A stretch of DNA of 64,000 nucleotides from Corallochytrium limacisporum Hawaii (Eukaryota > Protista > Pluriformea), in assembly GCA_002811645.1 (NCBI GenBank), contig PDIP01000077.1, forward strand, positions 97,086 through 161,085, given 5' to 3'. Numbering within the stretch: the stretch's first letter is position 1; each line of letters begins with the position of its first letter. Below the pieces are notes generated by a model, which was not told the DNA's origin, did not search any database, and worked only from the letters and a program-made list of their open reading frames with translations. Positions 30,796 through 41,600 of the stretch are shown piece after piece. The position numbers and the translations under genes were made by a program.

Positions 30796-31701
30796 ATGAC
30801 GGTGGCTCTATTGGAGACCGATCTTCCCGATCTGAAGCTTTTGCACAAGGGAAAGGTTCGGGATGTATATGATGTCGATGAAAAGAGCCTACTATTTGTG
30901 GCCACTGATCGCCTCAGTGCATTTGATGTGGTCATGAAGAACGGTATTCCACACAAGGGCAAGGTTCTCACCCAGCTCTCCATGTACTGGTTTAAGATGC
31001 TGGATGAGGCCGGACTTGCTCACCACGTGATCACTGCAAACATTGATGAAATGCCAGAGAAGGTGCGCAAATACAAGGTTCAACTGGAAGGCCGAACAAT
31101 GTTAGTAAAGAAGCTCGAGATGCTGCCCATCGAGGCCATAGTTCGGGGATACATCACAGGTAGCGGGTGGAAGGACTACCTCAAAACTGGAGCCTTGTGT
31201 GGCATCACTCTGCCAGTTGGCCTGAAGGAATGCGAGCGTCTGGTTGAGCCCATCCTGACACCTTCAACTAAAGCTGAAGTTGGTGGCCACGATGAGAACA
31301 TCACTTCCGAAAAGGCAGCTGAGCTCGTTGGAGGTAAGGAACTGTACGAGCGCATGGAAAGTATGGCATTGAAGGTCTACAGCATGGCCCGAGACTACGC
31401 TGGTGCCCGTGGAGTACTGATCGCTGATACGAAGTTTGAATTTGGTTTGGATGAGAGTGGCCACCTCGTCTTCGGCGATGAAGTGCTCACCCCAGACTCT
31501 AGTCGATTCTGGCCCGCTGACAAGTACGTCGTTGGGCAGACTCAGGAGTCTCTGGACAAGCAATACATCCGCAACTATCTTGAGGAAATCAATTTCGATA
31601 AGACGAATCCCATCGAAATTCCGGCCGACATCATCAGCAAGGCCGCCATGAAGTACTTCGAGCTCTACACTGCGATCACCGGTAGCCAGATCCACCTTTG
31701 A
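30796..31701 (+). CDS. ADE1: SAICAR synthetase (monofunctional, Ade1/PurC type)
   Basis: Motifs GKVRDVY, VATDRLSAFD, EAIVRGYITGSGWK, TPSTKAE..HDENI, ADTKFEFG and DEVLTPDSSRFW. Confidence 0.97.
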   Translation: MTVALLETDLPDLKLLHKGKVRDVYDVDEKSLLFVATDRLSAFDVVMKNGIPHKGKVLTQLSMYWFKMLDEAGLAHHVITANIDEMPEKVRKYKVQLEGRTMLVKKLEMLPIEAIVRGYITGSGWKDYLKTGALCGITLPVGLKECERLVEPILTPSTKAEVGGHDENITSEKAAELVGGKELYERMESMALKVYSMARDYAGARGVLIADTKFEFGLDESGHLVFGDEVLTPDSSRFWPADKYVVGQTQESLDKQYIRNYLEEINFDKTNPIEIPADIISKAAMKYFELYTAITGSQIHL

Positions 31702-32230
31702 AGAGCAAGTATGTGGACTCCAGCCTGGGATGTGTCCCGAAAACCACACACCCCAACCCGTAACCCCTTTCCCCAGGCGGGGAGGCGGGAGGGTCCATCA
31801 ATATCTACCAACGTATACATTATGTACAACATGCATACAGTCAGTACAGCAATATTTGGCTTAAGATTGTGGGTTATTTCACTATAGTGACCTCTCCCTT
31901 TGTGACGCTCTCCCCTGTGGTTATTTCCCATTGTTTTGGTAGTGGCCCGTTACCCACCTGAGTCAAGGATGTACCTGACACATATACTCCACCTGAGAGT
32001 ATTTTTTTCTACCAAGGCTATTTTGGCTTTCGTTGCATCTCCGTTGTTGTACCGTCTGGACTAGACGGGAAGTCTCACGGAATCCGGGGAGTCTCAACCA
32101 GCTACTTGGACCGTGACTGAAGCATGCTGGAACACACCTCTCTACATCCTTAGCGTTCGTCATACCCGTCAGATAACCAAAAAATTGCAATGGCAATGGT
32201 GAGCGGATAGAAAGGCATACCTTATCAACA

Positions 32231-34279
32231 ATGCCAGGTAGACACATCACATACGAGGAGTGCATCCATGACCGACCGGGATTCCGGGAGGCGGTCATTG
32301 CGTGCGAAGCTGATGTGAAGGCCTTTGGAAAGTATCTGCAGAATGTGCAAGACAAGAGTATCAAGGCACGGGCGGCTCTGGCTGCATACCACAAATCTAT
32401 GAATGACCTGTCGGATACAATTCAAGGAGTGTCTGAGCTTGGCATCTATGCAGGCGAAAAGGAAGCAGCGTCAGTAGGACGTGCATTTGCGGTCTATGTC
32501 AATGATTGCAACATGCATTCGGAAATGCTAAGTACGCAGATGAACTTCACCTTGGAGCAGTTCCTCAGTCAGCTGCAGCACAATGTAGTTACAGGTGGGA
32601 AGCAGCTGAGGAAAGACTACCATCATGCCCTTGACGCATATGACAATGCCCTTGCCAAGATGAATGGTATTAGTGCCGCGAAGGGAAAACCACAAGACTT
32701 TGAACAAGCCCAGGCTAATCTTGAGGGTGCCAGATTTGTCCATCGTCACAGTGCTATCGACTATGTCGATTTTCTCAATATGACCCGGGATCTTATAAGG
32801 TACGAGGCACAGCAACAAATTCTGGATTATCTCGGTTCTGAACAGATTTATCACAGTGCATGCATCGAGAGTTGTCGACAATTGGCAAAAACGCAGGAGC
32901 GACTTTCCTTAGTTATTGCGGCAGCGAAGGAAAAGGCAACTGCGGGACTGAAAGATCGGGAGAATCGCCACCAGTGGCTGGATGAAAACTACCTTGCGGA
33001 ACACAGCGCCCCACCCAAAGACTGGGCCATGCGTGTTCATGATGCACAATTCGGTGGTCATTTGTTTCGTCGCAAGACCCCATCCTCATCCAGCTGGACC
33101 AAAGGATTTTATATTGTCAAGGATGGTCGCATGTTCCAACTAGTCGGTGGACAATTCGACGACGAACAAAGCTGGGAAGTTGTGGCCGATGAAGTGGCAG
33201 ACCTCAGGCTCTGTACAGTAAAGCCATCACAGGCTGATAGGCGGTGCTGCTTTGATCTCATCACTACCCACTCTGCCATCACATTCCAGGCCGCGTCGCA
33301 GGAAGAGGTGAATGACTGGATGTCAGCTCTGAATGCAGGAATTGCGAATGCACTCAATTCCGGTGTCGCGGACGTGGCACAGGTAGACGACGCCAGCAAC
33401 GCATTCGGTCAGGATATGCGCGATGCTCATAAGTACACCAATGTTGCGTACAACATCAGACAATACTATCCGGAAGCTGGGGATTTGATTGGTGGAGAAG
33501 CTGCCCTCCAACGTGTATCTGAAGTCGACGGAAATAAGAAGTGCATAGATTGTGGTGCTGAGGATCCGGAATGGGTTTCCATCAACATGGGATGTCTGGT
33601 TTGTTTGGAGTGCAGTGGTGTGCATCGCAGCCTGGGAGTGCATGTCAGCAAGGTCCGCTCTCTCCGGTTGGACCAGTGGGAGCCTGAACTAGTAGACATG
33701 CTGTGCCGTTTGGGTAATGCAAGCCTGAATGAATTGCTTGATCCCGGCTGCAATGGCTTCCCTGATGTTGACCGTCCAGTGCCCACAAGTCCTCGAACGG
33801 AACGTGAACGCTACATCAAAGCCAAGTACATCAATCAGCTTGGAGTACCGGACAGCGATCTTGGAGACAGTGACAAGATTGCCGCCTTGATGGAAACGGC
33901 CATTGAGAAGGATGACCTGGTGCAGTGTTTGAAGGCCATGCTACTCGGATGCAGTCCTCAAGGGCACACTGTCAAAGATCATGAACCGTACATCAACGAG
34001 GCAGTACGCACAGGCAGCCCAGAGCTGATTGAGCTGCTGTACCAGGGTGGTGCTGATGTGAATGCTGCTGATGAGAAGGGGCACAATGCACTGATGGAAT
34101 GCGTCGTCGACCACAAGGTCCAGCATGCTTGCGTGTTGCTGAAGAAGGGTGCTGATAGCACTAAGAGGAATCAAGAAGGCGAAGACGCGCTCGACCTAGC
34201 CCTCCGTGAGGAACAGGTCGACATTGTCACCCTCATCAAGCTCTCCCGCCTGGCAACTGAGGCTGCCGCCGATGCCTGA
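32231..34279 (+). CDS. ACAP/centaurin-beta-type ArfGAP (BAR-PH-ArfGAP-ankyrin)
   Basis: N-terminus ITYEECIHDRPGFRE followed by a helical BAR region; PH domain (DLRLCTVK..DRRCCFDL..FQAAS..WM); ArfGAP zinc finger CIDC..CLECSGVHRSLGVHVSKVRSL; C-terminal ankyrin repeats. Confidence 0.93.
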   Translation: MPGRHITYEECIHDRPGFREAVIACEADVKAFGKYLQNVQDKSIKARAALAAYHKSMNDLSDTIQGVSELGIYAGEKEAASVGRAFAVYVNDCNMHSEMLSTQMNFTLEQFLSQLQHNVVTGGKQLRKDYHHALDAYDNALAKMNGISAAKGKPQDFEQAQANLEGARFVHRHSAIDYVDFLNMTRDLIRYEAQQQILDYLGSEQIYHSACIESCRQLAKTQERLSLVIAAAKEKATAGLKDRENRHQWLDENYLAEHSAPPKDWAMRVHDAQFGGHLFRRKTPSSSSWTKGFYIVKDGRMFQLVGGQFDDEQSWEVVADEVADLRLCTVKPSQADRRCCFDLITTHSAITFQAASQEEVNDWMSALNAGIANALNSGVADVAQVDDASNAFGQDMRDAHKYTNVAYNIRQYYPEAGDLIGGEAALQRVSEVDGNKKCIDCGAEDPEWVSINMGCLVCLECSGVHRSLGVHVSKVRSLRLDQWEPELVDMLCRLGNASLNELLDPGCNGFPDVDRPVPTSPRTERERYIKAKYINQLGVPDSDLGDSDKIAALMETAIEKDDLVQCLKAMLLGCSPQGHTVKDHEPYINEAVRTGSPELIELLYQGGADVNAADEKGHNALMECVVDHKVQHACVLLKKGADSTKRNQEGEDALDLALREEQVDIVTLIKLSRLATEAAADA

Positions 34280-35991
34280 ATTCCTAGCCATGGAATAGTA
34301 GAAGGATAAAAAAAAAGCCAGCTCATATGGCTTGTCATCTGGTCATCTAGTAAAATTGCCCAGTGAGGTATTGAACTGTATGCATACGCTGTCTCTTTCA
34401 GTGACATCCACACTTCAAGCGAAGTCTCCCATGTTTCCACTCACCCTCTTTCTCCTCTGTTCTGGGGTGTCTCTTAATCCCAAATGTCGACGACATACCA
34501 GGCTAGAAACTGAACAATTACCCCCAGCCCTTACATCTTGTGCGTGTGTGAGTGAGATATGGGAACACATCCTTGTGTCATGCCTAACTTTTTCTGTTGC
34601 TCTGCGCTACGTTTCTTGTTGCTGGTTCCTCACTGTCCCCTGAGAGATTCCATACGGAATCTGCAGTGTCACCCAACCCCCGGCCTGCTGCCCCTTCCCT
34701 CCCTAGCGACTGGGGTATCCAAGAGCACACACCCGTACATTTTCTACGAACTTTTTGCCTATCCTCCCGCTTCATTTGCAAGGGGGGAGGGGGTAGTAAG
34801 CGGGGGAAAGAGAGGGAGGGGCCGGTCGCTGGTTGGTCCAGCTCCTGCCGGAGCAGCCCTTCGGGACCTTAGGGACCCGAAAGCATGTTCCCACCCAAGA
34901 ATTAACCCACCTTGGAAGTCAGGCTGGTACACAATGTACCGTAGTTTCTTCGCTGAGAAACCAAAGGGGTCATAATTTGCTCCCCCTTTGCCGTCCGCAG
35001 GTGCGCTTACGCTGTCGGTCGATCGAAGGAAAGAAGAAGGGTTTTGTATCTTTTTTGGGCCCTGCATTGGCTATGGTATGCCGGCGCAAGCGTGGGTTGG
35101 GGGACGACTCCCCCCAGGGAAGGGGAGGAGGGGGGGGGAAGGTGTTCACCTGCTTCTCTTCTTCGTACGTCCTTTGGTTGCCATTCATCTCTACCATCTC
35201 CCAAACATCACAAGCTGGAACGACATCAGGAAGACTGCAGGATTGCCTGTGCTGAGTTAGATGCACAGGCAGTGGATAGAGATCACGTAGGCTTATATGG
35301 AGTATGTGTGTGCGAAAGCAAAGCGGAGGTAGAGAAATGGCTGTACTCAAGAGGTCGGGAAGTGGCATGGAGAGGAAAGTCGGCTGCCAGATACAAGGGA
35401 TTGATGTGTACCATCTTGCAGAAATTTCGTCAGCATCCCGCAGTTGACATGCAGTCTTGCAGCTCTGCCTTTCTGCTGCGGTCGCTACCCGCAAGACGAC
35501 AAACAAGCAGGACAAAAGTACAGCTGGCAAGCTGAACAGGTGAAGTTTTCCTGCACCCACGGGAAACGAAGCGAGCGAATGGGGAGAAGGGGGGGGGGTT
35601 GGGCAGGTGTCTTGGGTATAGAACGTGTGCCGGCACTGCGCACGGATCCAGCCGTGTAGGAACTCCATTTCATTTTTTTTTCTTTTCGCTGCTCGCTCGC
35701 GGGGCACGGCTGGAGAGATACGCAAGGGAAGAGCGGCAAGGGAAGAGAAGGTAACCCCATTTTGGGATTGCGGTAGTTCGCTACGAACCGCTTTGTGCTT
35801 GATCGTCTTCTCAGGTAAGGGCTCATCATTTAGTCGATGTACTCTCCACTTGGCTTTAGCCGAAGACAAGAAGCTACTTGACCCAATCACCTGGTAAAGA
35901 ACATCAAGAGAACTGATGCCACAATATTGTATCATTCTGCGGGTCTTTGCACGGGTTCAGGAATCCTTTTGTGTTGAGGGCGTAGACATAA

Positions 35992-36047
35992 AGTGTGAGA
36001 GTGAGAGAGAGTGAGAGAGAGTGAGAGTGAGTGTGTGTGTGTGTGTG
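35992..36047. repeat. Compound (GA)/(GT) microsatellite upstream of the CTL gene
   Basis: Directly visible. Confidence 0.85.
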
Positions 36048-36060
36048 CTCTTGCTCCGAG

Positions 36061-36067
36061 TATAAAA
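36061..36067 (+). promoter_or_regulatory. Possible TATA box upstream of the CTL gene
   Basis: TATAAAA about 97 bp before the ATG, just after a (GA)/(GT) microsatellite. Confidence 0.3.
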
Positions 36068-36157
36068 TACTCTACGTGTGAATTACCCGGACCTTCTGAA
36101 GCAACAGGGACCTTAGCAAACGAATCCCCTTGCGGGAAACAGATTGATTCGACAACC

Positions 36158-38218
36158 ATGGCCAAGAAAAAGAACGTCGTGGGACAGGAAACCCGGCAGT
36201 CGATGGGTGCTGCTTCTGATAAATTAGACCCTATGTATATGCAGCATAAAGGAGACGACTATCCCGATCCCCCTGGTATCAAGGAGAAGCGTGGGTGCAC
36301 TGATGTCGCCTTCTTTTTGCTACTGATTGGCTTCTGGGTTGGTGTCTTCTATGTCTCCAGTGTCGGTTTCAAAGAGGGTAATCCTGAACGCCTCTTGAAG
36401 GGTTTGGACTCGTTTGGTAACATCTGCAACGCTGAGAACACCCTATCTGAAACTTATATTGCTGATAACTCTGCTGCGGCGGTTAATGGTGTGCTTAATC
36501 TGGTGGGTCGGGACGTCGTTCTCTTCTACGACTACACTACTACGGAGGGCATGGAGATCTGCGCCAGTTCGTGCCCAGACACCACAACTGACAGCTATAC
36601 CGCTGAGCAGGCCAAAAATTGGCAGATCTGCGACTACGACTTTGATTACGATTCCGCCATTGCAGATGCAGCCCTGCTGACTGCTGCCATTGCCAGTGGC
36701 AAGTGCCCGTCACAGGTCTATGAGTCCACTGCAGTCCTGAACCGCTGCTCACCGGTGGATCCCGACGTGATCGGGGATGCATTTGCCGATATTTTTTCTT
36801 CTGGTGAGGCTGACAAGATTTTCAGCGATGTTGCCAATTCCTGGAAAGTCATCCTTGTGACTTGCGTGATTGCTATTTTCATTGCCCTGTTGATTATTCT
36901 GTCGCTTCGTTTCTTCGCCGGTATCATGGTCTGGGGATCTACTCTGATTTTCCTCGTTGGCATGGGCGCTGCCACCTATGTGTTCAATGACCAGTACAAG
37001 AAAGCTGACAATGAGATCACTGACTTGGAAAACGCTGGACAGCCAGTAGATGACAATCTGAAGGACAATCGTCTGACTTTCCAGATCCTGTTTTACATTT
37101 TCATCGTACTGACAGTTATTTTCTTCATCCTCATCGTCGCTCTGCGCAATCGCATCCGATTGTGTGTCCAGATCTTTAAGGAATCCGCCAAGTGCGTCGC
37201 TCACATGCCAACTATGCTGTTCCTGCCCTTCATTGCAGCCATTGTTGTCATTGGTTTTGCCGCCTTCTTCGTCGCTGGCATGTTGTATCTGTCAACTGCA
37301 GACGAAGTTGAGTATTTGACCACTAGCACTCCTTCCGGCTTTGCCCAGTTTAACACCCCTCAAGACATTGCCTTCATGCAGTGGTATGCCTTCTTTGGTT
37401 TCCTCTGGATGAGTCAATTCGTCGTTGCCTGCAATCAAATGACCATTGCTGGTGCTGTCGGTGAGTGGTACTGGACCTTCCACAAGAGCAACATGAGCAG
37501 GGTACCTGTGTGGCGTTCCTTCACCCGTTTGATCCGCTACCATCTGGGTACTGCCGCTCTTGGATCCCTGATCATTGCCATCATTCAGCTGCTGCGTGCC
37601 TTGGTGAATGTGGCCAAGCGCCGTGCTCAGACTGAAGGTAACAAGGTTGCTGAGTACATTGCGAAGTGCTGCGCCTGCTGTCTGTGGTGCCTGGAGAAGT
37701 TTATGAAATTCGTGAACCGCAACGCCTACGTCATGACTGCCGTCAAAGGCTACAACTTCTGCGGTGCTGCCAAACGGGCGTTTGAGCTGCTTCTGCGCAA
37801 TGTGCTGCGCGTTGCTGTCATCAACTCTGTTGGTGACTTTGTTCTCTTCCTGTGTAAGGTGGCCACTACTGTATTCAGTGTGCTAATTTGCTTAGCCTTC
37901 ATTGAGAATGACATCCTGCTCGAAGACCCCAGTGACATGAACTACGAGGCAGTTCCGGCGATACTGGTCGGTATCTTTGCCTTTTTCATTGCACATGTCT
38001 TCTTGAGTGTCTTTGAGATGTGCATTGACACCATCCTGCTCAGCTTCTGTGAGGATTCGGAGGTGAACGACGGTAGCCAAGAGAAGCCTTACTTCATGAG
38101 CGACTCTTTGCTCAAGTATGTCAAGAATTCTTCCAAGGCCCTGAGCAAGAAGCAGCGCAAGAAACTCATGGAAAAGCAGGCTGCTGAGCTGCCTAATACT
38201 CCCATGGTTCAGGCTTAA
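36158..38218 (+). CDS. Choline transporter-like protein (CTL/SLC44 family)
   Basis: Motifs RGCTD, GNPERL..DSFGNIC, YHLGTAALGSLII, CCLWCLEKFMKFVNRNAY and DTILLSFCED; multiple TM helices. ATG at 36158 in an accATGg context. Confidence 0.95.
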   Translation: MAKKKNVVGQETRQSMGAASDKLDPMYMQHKGDDYPDPPGIKEKRGCTDVAFFLLLIGFWVGVFYVSSVGFKEGNPERLLKGLDSFGNICNAENTLSETYIADNSAAAVNGVLNLVGRDVVLFYDYTTTEGMEICASSCPDTTTDSYTAEQAKNWQICDYDFDYDSAIADAALLTAAIASGKCPSQVYESTAVLNRCSPVDPDVIGDAFADIFSSGEADKIFSDVANSWKVILVTCVIAIFIALLIILSLRFFAGIMVWGSTLIFLVGMGAATYVFNDQYKKADNEITDLENAGQPVDDNLKDNRLTFQILFYIFIVLTVIFFILIVALRNRIRLCVQIFKESAKCVAHMPTMLFLPFIAAIVVIGFAAFFVAGMLYLSTADEVEYLTTSTPSGFAQFNTPQDIAFMQWYAFFGFLWMSQFVVACNQMTIAGAVGEWYWTFHKSNMSRVPVWRSFTRLIRYHLGTAALGSLIIAIIQLLRALVNVAKRRAQTEGNKVAEYIAKCCACCLWCLEKFMKFVNRNAYVMTAVKGYNFCGAAKRAFELLLRNVLRVAVINSVGDFVLFLCKVATTVFSVLICLAFIENDILLEDPSDMNYEAVPAILVGIFAFFIAHVFLSVFEMCIDTILLSFCEDSEVNDGSQEKPYFMSDSLLKYVKNSSKALSKKQRKKLMEKQAAELPNTPMVQA

Positions 38219-38433
38219 TATTTTCCAAGCACGGAACAATACTTAAACTACTACAAACAATAAAGGAAAGGAGAGACAAAGAGATCCTTTCTCAGTGCAT
38301 ATGTATGAAGTACTGTTCATTATTTACTTCTACATTTGGTTCATCTCACACCAGTTTACTTCCCATCCCTCGTCTTTCTCACCCCCCCCCCCACGCGAAC
38401 GTTGGTTCTCATTCCACCTCTTTAACGGTCGCC

Positions 38434-38434
<1 letters not shown>

Positions 38435-38469
<35 letters not shown>

Positions 38470-38541
38470 CGCTGTCTCTCTCTCTCTCNNNNNNNNNNNN
38501 NNNNNNNNNNNNNNNNNNNNNNNNNNNNNNNNNNNNNNNNN

Positions 38542-38598
<57 letters not shown>
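38435..38598. repeat. (CT)n microsatellite spanning an assembly gap
   Basis: Directly visible on both sides of the N-run 38489-38541. Confidence 0.95.
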
Positions 38599-38602
<4 letters not shown>

Positions 38603-41600
38603 ATCTTCCTCGCCCAGGCGAAAACACACAGCAGCCTCGGTGACGTTCCAAAGGGGGGAGGCCCTGCCCGATTAAAATCCATGTACATATTTTTTGTATT
38701 ATTTGATTCATATTATATTTTTAGGAGATTCCAATGAGAGAACTCATCGGCTAGCTGAGGGGACTAAGAATTCCATTGTCCACACACAACACACCGAGGG
38801 ACTAATTCTATTTTCCACCGAGAACAGACTCCCCATCGCTGTGTTCGCCGCAGCAACTACATATAAAGAAAACGGACAACGCCCTTTATACACACTGATT
38901 GCATGTTTGAAATTGTGATAGTGAAAAGGTCCAGAGACGATTTATCACATCATTTGTCCTCGGTGCCTGTCCACATTGCCATAGCGTAGCTAAAAAATGC
39001 ACTGATGGTGTGGGCTTCGCGACCGCACAACTTTTCCCTTGTGCGCACGCACGACACACACGACCGAAAACGAATGGAAAAAGAAAAAGATAGCCAGAGA
39101 GGGAACAACAACACCGAACAAAGGCGGAAGGCGAAGGCCGGAGCGCGCTGTTTGTATCAGTCAATTCTTAGTCGTGTTGCATATACCGCGTGCTTCGAAT
39201 GCGTGCCATTGATCAACATCCATCAATTGGGTTCCTATTACCCCCTTCCTCGCAATAGGCCGCCTCGCCTACCACCTACCGTCTTCACACTCCGGGTGGC
39301 TCTCGCGGCACCCAAAACCAAAATCTCTCTCTCTCTCCCCTCCCCAAAAACTGCCTTGCCCCGGGAAGGAGGATTTACGGCCATTTGAGAAAAATGAAAC
39401 TCTTAGTGTTCGGGGNNNNNNNNNNNNNNNNNNNNNNNNNNNNNNNNNNNNNNNNNNNNNNNNNNNNNNNNNNNNNNNNNNNNNNNNNNNNNNNNNNNNN
39501 NNNNNNNNNNNNNNNNNNNNNNNNNNNNNNNNNNNNNNNNNNNNNNNNNNNNNNNNNNNNNNNNNNNNNNNNNNNNNNNNNNNNNNNGGGGAGGAGGGCG
39601 GGCGGGCGGCGAAGAGAGTGCGTTTTGTGCTATCAAAAAAATGAAAATAAGTGAGAGGTGTGCGCGCGACACAGAGGGTTGAACGAAAGCACATGTATTG
39701 GGCTGGTCCTGTCCGCAGTGGGCGATGGTGTTATGTGGGTGTTTGCTGCCGGCTTAGAACATGATATTGAATTGTATCCTATTGATAACGCGCCGCAGCC
39801 ATCTAATCCAGAATCAAACACTGATGTTTACAGGTATGGCACAAACCCGTCCGCGCGAGCGCCGAGACACTCCTCGACTGATGGGCGTGCCTGAGTCTTG
39901 CATGGCCATAATGTGATGGTTGCCCTGCAGTGGAGATATACTGGTACAGTAGTAATACTTTAATTATTGTTATCTCTCGCACAACAAACTAATCCATCAC
40001 CCATCTGCCCGGTTAGATGAAATGTTGTAGCCCGGTTTGACCTGCACGCGTTCGCTCGTTCCATCTAGGCCAAACACTATGGACAAACCCAGAAATACGC
40101 GTAAGAATGTCCACTTTGTTATATACCTCTTTTTGGTTTTTCGTCGTCGTATCCCCCCGCACATCTCCAGAAGAACGTGTCTCCGAATCCGAATACTTGT
40201 GTTTGACAACGGTTTGTGCCAGAATTGCCAGCCCGCGAGAAGGTTTGTTACACCCACCGCTCTACCAACGGTCCACATCAATTCATATCAAACGGAGATC
40301 AATACATTGAGTACCAAGATGGAACATTGATCATTCTCCATATTGCAAAAACTACGTCGGAGAAGTGTTCGGTCCACGTTTTCATTTAAATTCCGAAAGA
40401 GGGAGGCAGACACTGGGCACTGATACTATCGATATTTTGGGTTTGATTCCAATATACCAGCGGGGGACAACTTTGGAGATCTACGTGTTTGGAGTTTCTT
40501 CACTCTGTAAGTTTTTTGACAACGTCTGTTCCAGTTTCACAGTTTGAGTTCGGACATGGAAAATACACTGTAATAGCATACAGATCCCAGCAAGGTTTGC
40601 GCCGCATGTGAAACAGCCAGATGACGATGTACAGATATGTAGATGGCAGTACGTAACACATCTGTACAATACCCCGCACGGGGCTATGTAGTCAGTCAGC
40701 TGACGGCCCCTGCGTGAAATTTATCTCAAGCCAGAAACAATCTGACTCGTATGGGTTTTTGTTGCCTGAAGTTCACCTTGAGATGAAATGGTCGTGACGG
40801 CTAGGCAGTCATACTATCTGTGAAATACAGAGTCCGGTTTGGTCTTTAAAGGCAAAGCCCCCGCCCTTATCCCCAGTTTTGTGACATAGGTATATGCGTT
40901 TCGTGGCTATGAATGCCACACCGTGTCCATCCCATCGATGTTGTGCAACAGTTTGATAATTTGATACTTGGGAGGGGGGGGGGTGGGCGGGAGGAGACAA
41001 AAATCACTGTTGCCCAGCGGTGCCAGACCCAAGTTCTATCAGTTTTCGCTCAGCCCACATCTACCATACGCCCGATAAAGCTACGAGATGTCACATACTC
41101 TTCACTATAGCAGCCATCCTGGCATTTGGGTCGCGGGGCTAGGCTTGTATGTCCCAAAGGCACGACAAATTGTACCATTACATTACTACGACAAAGTACA
41201 GTATTTGGTTAACTGTGGTCTGTTGATAAATAGCTGAAATGCCCAATCGACAACGGAAACGGAAGGGAAAATTGGTTGCATGGTGTATATTCAAAGGACA
41301 CATATCCGCGGCGATGGAGGACAGACCCGGGAGGTAATACCCACTTTTCGCCATTGGGGAGTCCACGTCAGTAAGGTAATTGTCTTTGTGGGCCCAGAAA
41401 CGATTGCCTTTTTGTGTTTCTTAAAGGACCGCCCCGTTGTCATTCTTGCCCAATAGCAGTATTGTGGTTACTGTGTGAGGTGATAGAGTGCAGAGATGGC
41501 ATACCAAAACGGTGCGAAGAGATTGATAGCTGTCGCGTAGCGAAGACGAGCTTGTAACACCTGCCGTGCACAAGCGCTCAAGTAGATTAATATCAGGTTG

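Noticed and set aside
34970-35935. 321-aa minus-strand ORF between ACAP and CTL
   Set aside because: No recognisable motif; runs through homopolymer tracts; composition unlike the real genes.
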